From Tubulanus polymorphus (taxonomy: Eukaryota > Animalia > Nemertea), in NCBI RefSeq assembly GCF_964204645.1, contig NC_134027.1, forward strand, positions 10,882,485-10,946,484: 64,000 nt of DNA, in the 5' to 3' direction. How positions within the stretch are numbered: the first letter of the stretch is position 1; the number at the start of each line of letters is the position of its first letter. Under the pieces are notes generated by a model. It saw only the letters and a program-made list of their open reading frames with translations, was not told the origin of the DNA and ran no database searches. Of this stretch, positions 39,302 to 64,000 are shown piece by piece. The translations under genes and the position numbers were made by a program.

Positions 39302-41171
39302 TATAGTGTCACAATTAATATCTCTAAAAACATCAGAGTTGATCGGATCCTACTTGGGTAGAGTCTACTGTACTTATTTGTTTAAAAAACTAAATATTAG
39401 GCTTAATTCACATATACACACAACCCCCGATATAATCCCCCACATCGGTAACTTCGGGACTTGATTTTGACAAGTTACGAGGGTCAAGTACTCTAGATGT
39501 TCCGGTCTCGGCAAAAAATCTGGCGTTAGGCGGGGAGATTTATCGGGGCCAACCATCATTCTCATTTTAGACGTTCAAAAATGCTCTTTAAATACGGAAG
39601 CGTCCTGGGGCTGGCGCAGGAAAACCCTGTTTGCCTAACCGTGAATAGTGACTTATCCGTTTTCGTTTGGCTAACCAGCTTAAAATACGAGGCCGCATGA
39701 AATCGTGGTTAGTCGAACAGCATTTTCCTGCGCCCATTTATGCCTAACCACAGTTTATTATTAACCACGGTTAGCGCTAACAATATTCCAATGCCTGCCC
39801 CTGGGACATAAGAATGAAATGTTTTTTCTGACTTAAAAAAACGATTCAGGTATTTCTTGATGATGTATAACTCGTCAGAAACTCGATTCAGAAAGTAGAA
39901 TAATTTTTCCCATGAACCGACGAGCTACCATGTATCTCATCAAACAAATCTGAATCTTTTTTTATCAAAAATGATACATTCATTTCAAAGCCTGAAGATA
40001 CGTATGATTTTCCGATTCATTAAAAAATGAACAATTCGTCGCTATCTTTATTTACAAGTTACACGTCGTCAATTCATAAATCGAAAATCGTACACATTTC
40101 CCTTTTTTATTCGAAAATCGAAAGAATGGCCCAAGGACGGCAGGATCTTCAAAAACTCATTGACATCAACGACAGCGGGTTATTACTATCGATGTAAATT
40201 CGTAGCTCTCGACCCTCTGCATGCAGCCATCCGTCAGAAAACGAATGTCCAATGTCCAGTAAATCTTTTCTTACAGTTGTATACTGATTGCCTTGTCTAG
40301 GTAACGTGGGGGTCTGAAATTATAAGAAGTCTTTATTTCGTACGAAAATTACAGAATTTCATACAAAAATTCCAGACTACAAGAGGAAAAAAGAGAATAC
40401 AAAAAAAATCCACATTCACATGGAAAAACATTTTTACAGATCGAATAGTTTAAGGACATAGATTCAAAGCTACACGTATGATGACTGAACAGATACAGTA
40501 ATAGTTGATTAGCTCTTTTATCATCTTTCGCACACATTTACCGAAAGGAATTATATCAAACAATTAGAAACCATGAAGCTATATGGTTGGGGTTTTAATT
40601 ATGGCTTTTACTTTATACAAGTACCGGTACCGTGTGTGTTGGCGGTGCTAATGGTTACCCTATACTCAGTCGCTCGAGTCTAATTCGCGCTATTAGCTGT
40701 TTTAAGCGCTGAAATAGGATTTTATTGTCAATAACAATTCGACTGTTATAAAGAAGTATTTACGGGCAGTACTGCTACCTGCCTAAATACTAAAAACACC
40801 TGCTAACGACAATATTTCGGCATTGCGGCGGCATTACTTGTACTGGTTGTATATGCGCGTCTCGGCTGTCTTGTTTAGATAATGAAGTGGACAGTGAAAT
40901 CACTGGTGGTATAGCGACACCAGTAGCCACGTAACCGGCGCTGTTACACCACGTTCACTGATGTTGATGTTTACCGCGTTCAATTAAGAGTATCGTTGAC
41001 AGCCGAGATTTATATCCGAAACCTTGCCGTACTCGTCCTGGGATTAGCCAGCGAAGAAATGAAATCGCGGCGTAAATGACGGAATAAACGAAACCCAAAT
41101 CGAATGAAAATTACGATGTTTATCGCGTGATATTTTCTTTTTCGATTCGATAGGGATTTTATCTTGTAAAC

Positions 41172-55941
<14,770 letters not shown>

Positions 55942-56746
55942 ATTTTCTATAGCTGGTGCTGTAGCTTCGGGGCTTCCATGTCATTGCTTTAAGCTTTCAA
56001 ACTCTAAAAAGAATGTCTGCTAATTTTCATTGTTGATATTTGCAGTCCACAAAGCGAACCAAAAGATCATACCTATAGATGCGTTGAATTTTGTATAGAT
56101 TTATAGATTGATTGAAAGCCATTACTGTTGAAAATAATGTTTTGTATTTATGATCTGCCGACTGTGATATTGATCGTATGTGTAATTAATGAGTTTTTAA
56201 TTGTTGAAAAATGTAAAATAATAAAGATGAGTGTGTCACATCGTATTGCTTGTTTGAATGTTTTTTTTGGTGTGTTTTGGGGACACCCAGCTGCTACTGC
56301 TAAGTCGATCTAGGCATTTTGATTGAGCAAGATTTCGTGACTGGATATCTTGCACTACTGTGAATAACGGGTGAGGAATGGCCGCCGAGGCATATATGAC
56401 TAGGGCATAAAAACAGATTGTTTCCGACCGTCTATCGGTCAGGTCTAAATTAGTAACTATCAGCGATGCTCAAATGGGAAATCACTGCACCGGCCGAGAT
56501 TATCCAAAACAATTCGCGTTGGTCGTCAAGCCATAGAACACAGAGGCCCCGGTGGGGGATCAAAAAGCCAAAATATTTTGCTACCTCATGCTTCTCAGCA
56601 CATAAAATTTTTAATTTTTGGGGAGAGGAGGACCCCAAAACCACCCCACCAACAACAAAGTTCACATTAGCCCGCGTGAACCCAGAACCCTTTTCATCAA
56701 TGTGAGAATTAGCTGCACCCGCCCTCTTCGAATCTCGGGGTAACGG

Positions 56747-57009
56747 CCCAGCGCAGCCCGGGTACACGAATTCTGTAGAACAAATAATCCCTGGATCCTG
56801 CACGACTAAGCTGCGTATAATCACGGCGGATTCAAGGTACATCACACGACTTACGTGAGACACTCAAAAAATCTGTAATTCCCAGCCCAGCCCGGGTACA
56901 CGAATTCTGTAGAACAAATAATCCCTGGATCCTGCACGACTAAGCTGCGTATAATCACGGCGGATTCAAGGTACATCACACGACTTACGTGAGACACTCA
57001 AAAAATCTG
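56747..57009 (+). repeat. Near-perfect tandem duplication (129 bp x2, period 134)
   Basis: 56747..56875 equals 56881..57009 with one mismatch. Confidence 0.92.
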
Positions 57010-57502
57010 AAATTCCCTTCTTGGAAAGGCAGAAAAAAAATCGAAATGAATTTGGAGACATTTTCCAGAATCGTATTTCGAATGTCCAATCGTACGAATT
57101 CAAAGGGCAGCCTGAAAGTGAGAAAAGGGCATCGAAGCGTAGCGAATAGAATATGTTGAATACATCGGAATTGAGGAGTATCAATTCAAAGTAGGCTAAG
57201 AATAGTTCAATACCCCTTAAAATTGCCCATGTTCCTTGAAGGACACTTAAAAAAATTATGCCCATAGGTAGATTTTCAAATTAGATTAAGGCAATTTGCT
57301 GTCCACGTGAAAAAGGAAATATTGAATTTATTTCTGTAAATGGGCAAAATTGGGCATCTGTTTTAGCTACGTTTTTAAGCTAAGTTTTTAATGTGCCCTT
57401 TTCTATCTACGGGCGTGTTAAAAGGATAATTAGAAAAAAAAGTAAAATGTAAATGACGCTACAGTCCAAAAACAAAAATGGTTGAAAATGATTAGGCCTA
57501 GG

Positions 57503-58164
57503 TAGGGTCTGAAACACGGCCCCGGCCCCGGCCGCGGCCACACGTCTGAAACACGGTCCCGGCCGCACACGTCTTAAACACGGCCGCGGCCGCTCTTTGT
57601 TTTCATTTAAATGGTCAAATGATAGAAAAAAAAGATTTTCTACTATCTATCAAAAGTCCAAATATAGACTATTTCAACTTTGAACGGTTTAAGCTTCAAT
57701 CGACTCTGTCATTTTGCCCCTAACCAGATATGCTATGATTTTCAGAAACTGGACAAACAAACAATAGTGTTCATTTTTTCCCACAATGATCAACTAGTGA
57801 TCAATACATAATATTCAACAACAAAAGAAAAAACAGGCAACAAAACATACTCTCACCCAAATTAGAACCACCAGTCGAAGGAGGTAAATAACTCAGTTTC
57901 CCCAAAGTAAATTATCCATACGAGCTTTTCGGGTATTGTGTGGGTGATACATTAAAGGTAGAAAAGTTGATAATGTTGGCACAAAGTAATGCACTCTCAA
58001 TGCAGGTCTTTACTTAACCTAAGAACCAAAAAAAAGCCTAAGGCCCCTGAAATATTGAGCCGCTTCTTCGTGGTGGTCAGATTAACATAAATACTGCATG
58101 TATGCATAAAATGCATGTGTTTAAGACGTGTGCGGCCGCGGCCGGGACCGTGTTTCAGACCCTA
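57503..58164. mobile_element. MITE with GC-rich TIRs
   Basis: TAGGGTCTGAAACACGG...CCGTGTTTCAGACCCTA with subterminal GGCCGC repeats. Confidence 0.75.
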
Positions 58165-58438
58165 CCTTAGGCCTAGGCAACAGATAAGTAGGAGTTTATC
58201 AAAATGCAAGGGTTACGATAGTTTGGTGTTGTATGGTAGAAATGGTGATAATGCCGCCTACTACGGAAAATGTTTGGGATTCGAACCGATAATAATACAA
58301 ATAGGCTCTGGCAAGTGTTGAATTTAGACTGGTTGCCAGTCTAGTGGCGCAAGAATTGAATCAATTGAATTGAATTGAAAAGCTAAGTTCGTAAAGTATG
58401 CAGTAGGCCTACCAGAATATTCGTAAATTTGACTAAAA

Positions 58439-61400
58439 ATGAACAAGGACAGCGTAAAAGAGATAACACGTCAGTATTTTTTCAGTTGGGTTAAAGGCCT
58501 AACGGCAGTAATGCCGTGTCAGTGATAAGTAAGAATGCACAGGGGATGAGAGTCTGGCTGGACGTACATACAGGGTCGGAGCTGAGAGTGAGATACAAAT
58601 TACACTGTCCTGAGGAGGGCAGGACCAGATTCTGATCGATGACAGCCGCGTACGTGGTTGTACTGTCTTTGATGTTAAAAATCTGGGGAAATCATGAAAA
58701 ATCCTGGGTATTTGGTAAGCCAATCATAAGAACGATATGAAAGAATATAAGGCTAGGTAAATTTCAGAGAGAGTTCATCAATCTGACCCCTGCCTAGTTA
58801 GTTACCTAATCGTTGGTGGTAAGCTTTTTATAATCGGATGGGCTTATACCAACGTTAGGGATGACAAGGACCAAAACACGGTTGAAAAAAGTAACACTTC
58901 AAAAATATACTTTCTATCCACTTCAGTCCACAATTAATGGCTTAATTCACAAACTAACACAGGTAGCTTTCGAAATAATCCAAGTCTATGTATGTTTCGA
59001 GTGATTAATCAACATTATTTTGAGAAATTAATCAATTTCCTTACAAATTTCGCCATTGGCCGCCATTTCTCTGTATTGCACATGTGGCATGATAAGACAA
59101 GGGGACCTACAAGGATTTAGATAAAACTTTCAAGACGAAACGACAATTTTTATTTTTGATGGTTTTCCAACCTATATTTCAAATCTTCGTGTTTTCCATT
59201 ATAAATAATGAAATAATAAATTCTGGTAAAAGAAAAATGTGAATAAGTGTTGATTTCTTAATATTTTTCAATTTCGTCGTTTCGCTTCGTTAGTTTGTGC
59301 TGTTGTCCTGGCCTCAGTCCACAGGTGCCAGCACCTCCAGTAATTTTCAAAATGGCAGCTGTTGACTCTACGGAAATTTACTCTCACTTTACGGCCGATT
59401 TGCACATGGATTAAGATCGTCAGGTGAGGTGTTATAGGTATCAGACAAACTACGAATCTGTTGTGTGTCGATTACAACAAAAATTTGACGGATATCTTAA
59501 GAGACAATGAAATGCCAGGCAAATTACTCGTCAGTCAAATTGGCTGACGAAGATTTCATACAAAAATGACCTTCCCATTCCTGACTGTGGTTTGTGAAAA
59601 TATCCGATCGTGAAACTAAACCACAGACAGGTTACTGACTAACCCCTGCCCTGACAACGCAGTTGCATGTCAGTTGTCCGTGCTACTGTCGTCATCCCAG
59701 TGCCGTGGAACTGGAGGAAACTTGTTTTTTGCCTAACACTTGGTCTTTGCTGGGCTTTTTCAAAAAGATTGCAGAGTAATCTCATGTCCACGCAGGCCCA
59801 TGACACAACTTAATTTGCACCCAAACTTACTTTATTAGGTACCGGTAATGAATGAAAATTAACTAGGAAGCTAATTTCTACTATTCACTTCAGACCTCAA
59901 GTAGTTACTTATTTGTTGAAATACTCATTCACACATTTGTGAACTTCAACTTTTTAAGAAACGCTCGGGCTATTTTTATGACGCCATAGACGGACGACCC
60001 TAGCTATATTTACGACGTTTCATTCTGATTGGCTTATTCACGTTGCGCATGCGCACTGGGGTGCGCGACTTCAAATTCATGGCAAGTGTGGAGAATAGAG
60101 TTAGAGAAAATAGAGGGGATAGAACGAGACTCGAAACCCGGGCAGTAAATTACTAGCGCAGCATCATACCATTAGACCACCGAGCTCACTGAAAACCATT
60201 TGAATGTTTTAACTACATATAGCTTCACCTTTCCCTAATCCTATCCCCACGAGGTAAAACGGAACCTAACCCTAACCCTCTGGACCCTTTTGACACTAAT
60301 CCTCTCCCCTCTAGACCATTATCCTAAATTCAATATAAACCGTCGTAGATATAGAATTTAGGACGCTGCAAATACAGCCACACAAAAAACATATTTTCGC
60401 AACTTTATTATGCAGGTTCCCAGCCCCTTACACAACACGTCAATCCCACAGGGACTTGTCACAATAAATTGATAATAATGAAAAGGAATGATAGCGATCT
60501 TGTTTGTTAAATTAAACAGGTCTTCAAAAAGAGAAGAAGAAAGTGGAACTGAAGGGCAACCTTGTAGAACAGGCTGAATATTGTAACTGCATTGGAGAAA
60601 TATATTCCAAAAATGGTAATAAAACTTCAGAGATCCAGTTTGAAAAGTTTAATCTGAATCAGGGTGGCTACTGACCAGGAAAACCTCGAAAAGTCAGGGA
60701 ATGAGAAAAAATCAGGGAAATCTCAGCGAATTTGACCAATTTTGCGTAAATAAACTGGAAAACTCAGGGAATTTTGTTAACCACACGTGTCTTTATCAAT
60801 ATACACGATTCATGAAAAATTAGTAGATTGAAACATAAAAAGTAATTTTTCAGATTTACTAAAGGGAATTTTCCATTGTAACATGCAAAATTCAGGGAAA
60901 ACTAGCGAAATATTTTTGAATTGGTGAAAAGTGGCCACCCTGTGATTCTTGAATAACCTCAGACAATCCTAAGTTATCCAGGTCTCGATTTAGTTACCGA
61001 TAATTGATTTTGTCGTCGATCATTCTTCAGGTGATTTTACAAGTGCCATTGACGAACACAAGGAGGCGCTGAATCTATTTGAGGCTCTGGGCGATGAAAT
61101 CGGACGGGCCGTGGCGCACAGGCGCGTCGGCGAATGTTTGATGGAACAAGGGTATTTCGATGACGCGTTAAAAAACCAAAAACGCTACCTCGACCTGGCG
61201 CGGTCGTGTCAAAATAAGACCGAAGAACAGCGCGCGTGGGTGACGCTCGGGCGCACGTATCTGTGTCGGTACGAAAACGTAAAGGGACCGACTGCGGGTG
61301 TCGTTTGTTTACAGCAGGCCGAAGAGGCTTTCGAAAAAAGTTTAGAAATTTCCGACGATCTTAAACATACGATCAGTGTAAGAGACTACGACGATATGCG

Positions 61401-63795
61401 AGCAAGATCGATTCTGAATTTAGGTAAGCGAGTTTCACCGCGAATACTCAAACTTGCTCACTTCCCTCAACTCAGTTTGACAATAATCTTAGTCAGGTCT
61501 TTTTTCTAAATTACTTGGAGGACAGATTTTTTTCAAGAAAAAAGTGGAAGGGTGAAGGGAAAAAAAATGAAAATAAAAAAGAAACAATTTTGTGATTTGT
61601 GATAAGAATTTTGAAATGGAAGCAAACTAGAGAAAAGTCACAGATTTTTTTTATTTGAGTATATTTCACTTAAAACCTCTGAAGGACTGTAGAAAAAAAA
61701 CAAAAAGGAATGAAAATTGTGATGAATTTTATTCAAATGATGGAAGAAATGAAATAAACTTACTTGTTTGTAAATATTAAGATTGAGAATTGAGATGAAC
61801 ATAACTTTTGCAAGATACTAGATTGAGAAAATCTTACTTAAAACTGAATTGAAAATTGTGATGAAAACACGAAGGAGGTCTCGAAAAAATAAAATTTTGA
61901 TTTGATGATTTTAGCAGAATTCTGGGAGGCACATCCATACTCGAATTAATTGAAAAAAGGTCTTAGCAAACATTAGCAAACAACTGCAGGTCCAAAAGTT
62001 GTTGTTATGTTCAAACAGCAACTTACCTGCATATTTTTGAAACAAAAGAACATTTATGGTGTTGTCTGAGATAGCCCCGGAAGAATGAGGCCCTGAAATT
62101 ACAAACTTACAACTGTTAATAGAAAATTACACTATAAATTAGCATTGATTTTGTCAATTTATCTAGTGTTTATGATTTGATATTTTCACGGCGTTGCAGA
62201 ATATCCATTGTTTTTCCATTGAATTTCTGCCTAAATCTGATGAACTAATTCATCTAGGTAAAAAATTGCTGAAATATACCTCTATAGGCTTCAAAGGTGC
62301 CAATGAGGTATAACAGTTATTCCACCATTCGATCACCAGTTTTACTTAAGTTAAAATAAGCGAACAAGTGAATTCCTCAATTGCCACAGTAGCGTATCTG
62401 TTAAATGATATTTATATGGATTTTTTCTTTCAGGTATTATACAAGAAAATAAGAAAAATACGGATGAATCTGTAAGACTTTATAGACAGGCTTCGGCTCT
62501 TGTTCAGTAAGTTTATACATAGTACGGTAAAAGCTCTGTTGAGTGTGAATGGTCCTGTAAACCGAACACTTTCTGTTGGTATGTTGCACCTGATTTAGTG
62601 TCAACTATACATGTATTTTGATCATAAAACCCATGAAATACGTATCATAAGGCAAACTGCTTGATAACAAAGATGGAATGCATTATAGAAAAATGTGACT
62701 TAAAAATTTGAACAATAATCTAAAATGGGATACCGATGTTTTTACTGTTGTACACCGCACTGCACTGTAGACACACTGAAAGGTTTCGCTGTATTCGTCG
62801 AAATCTTTTCTAGAGATATCCCTGTTCACGCAGTCGGCCTAACTGCCATTATTGTATACTTTTCTTCGATACTTTATTTCATTTTCCGTTTTGTTTGTTT
62901 AAACAGTAAACATGACCTGTATGAGATTGCAATGCGTTGTGAGTTCAATCTGGCATCGATGTTCCTTCGACTGAACAAATATCCCGATTCCATCCAGGCC
63001 ATCATTAAATGTATAGACTGTTGTACGAAAGGGAAAGACCTTCTCAATAAAAAAGATGCAATGATTTTCAAAGCTAAGGTAGGCCTTTTCGTAACTATTT
63101 GCATCATGGGGCTTCAAGGTTGTCTAGTTTGTCACATTAGGCCATGAAGTCCACGAAGAATTTACACCAAAAATAAAATAAAATCATGGCCATGCTCTTT
63201 TATAAAAAAACTTTAAAATATGTCAGTGATTATTCAACCCCTTAATGGTTGTTAGAATTAATTCTAGCAACCAGAGTACTATCAAATGAGTCCTGCCAAA
63301 AAAGTGTCACTCATACCGTAGTGAATGTACCATGTATTATCAAACTCATGTAAGTGTTTCGGAGTAAGGATAGATGGCATATGGTTTTGAGAATACATGT
63401 ATTTGATAAAAGATTGGCAAAAATGTCTAAAACACCAAATTAAAAAAAAGGGCCAAAAAATTGTCAAGAAGGCTTGCAAAGCCTTTAGTTTATTTATGTC
63501 ACTAGATTGTAATTCAATATTCGAGCAATATAGTCTAGAAGTAAAAAGATTGAAATTAGTGTTGAAAATGTGGAAGCCTTATTCATAATTTTCCAAAGTC
63601 TCGAGGTACTTGACAAGAATCTTTTTCTGCCTTAAAATTTCGAAGGTGATACCGTAGTTGGTTGTCATGTGATCGTTTTCTAGATTCACGTCGAATTAGA
63701 AGATTTTGCCGCCGCCAAAACCTGTTTGAAAGAGTGTCATAAAATTTGTAAATCAGAAGAAGATAGGAAATACATTAAGACTTTACGCATAGCAG
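58439..63795 (+). CDS. TONSL: Tonsoku-like protein, N-terminal TPR region (gene continues beyond the window)
   Basis: Exons 58439-58469, 60520-60615, 61031-61423, 62434-62506, 62907-63078 and 63684-63795 are in phase. AVAHRRVGECL...HQ-like KNQKRYLDLA...EEQRAWVTLGRTYL...AFEKSL...MRARSILNLG matches the TONSL TPR region. Confidence 0.9.
58795..59641 (+). mobile_element. Non-autonomous DNA transposon, 847 bp, 9-bp TSD (copy 2, TONSL intron 1)
   Basis: Same termini as 18300..19147; TSD ACCCCTGCC on both sides. Confidence 0.9.
60105..60192 (-). mobile_element. tRNA-derived SINE-like head (degenerate)
   Basis: The minus strand reads GCTCGGTGGTCTAATGGTATGATGCT...CCCGGGTTTCGAGTCTC (box A/B-like) but does not form a full cloverleaf. 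Confidence 0.45.
60660..60942. mobile_element. hAT-like MITE
   Basis: CAGGGTGGCTAC...GTGGCCACCCTG termini with internal CAGGGAA repeats. Confidence 0.65.
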
Positions 63796-64000
63796 GTGAT
63801 CATTTTACCTTATCAATTAATTCCATGTCGTGTTGTAATTCTCTTTTACGCTGTTTTTGTTATATGTGAGCAGTTACGCCTACTTCAGTGTTTTCAATAA
63901 GAAATTAACAAGCCAGGTCGCTTTGAAAAACAGGAGGGTTCCATAATATTTCACCGTCCCGGAAATGAAAGCTGTTTTGAAAAAAACAGGCGGGTCCTTT

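Noticed and set aside
60265-60280. Telomere-like (CCCTAA)2
   Set aside because: Only about two units inside an intronic repeat; not a telomeric array.

Overview
Eukaryotic, intron-rich, AT-rich animal DNA. The gene and TE content suggests a marine invertebrate, but that is inference. All comparisons were made by eye; no searches were run. From left to right: (1) A young minus-strand LTR retroelement (<1..5436) with near-identical LTRs, a tRNA-Lys-like PBS and a Ty3/gypsy-type gag ending in a CCHC knuckle. A canonical -1 frameshift signal (G_GGU_UUU, 6-nt spacer, 8-bp stem) follows gag. It leads not into pol but into a ~424-codon ORF with no PR/RT/RH/IN motifs and four evenly spaced PLDL[S/R] (CtBP-type) motifs plus an STQT (LC8-type) motif. 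This is the most unusual element in the window. (2) Two tandem paralogues of a secreted PAN/apple + Thr/Pro stalk + beta-rich protein. The second carries an AT-rich Polinton/DNA-virus-like fragment in intron 2, with an identical 37-nt TAAATG-ending motif before two ORFs. (3) A divergent NRF1/Ewg-type DNA-binding-domain gene fused to zinc fingers and several SIM-like motifs (4 coding exons, ~1022 aa). (4) A 24-exon, ~1416-aa gene with two internal repeat families, a 7-nt microexon and C-terminal EF-hand-like motifs. (5) The 5' part of TONSL. Between these lie MITEs, a Helentron-type element with CTCF-like motifs, LINE/BEL/Penelope remnants and microsatellites.
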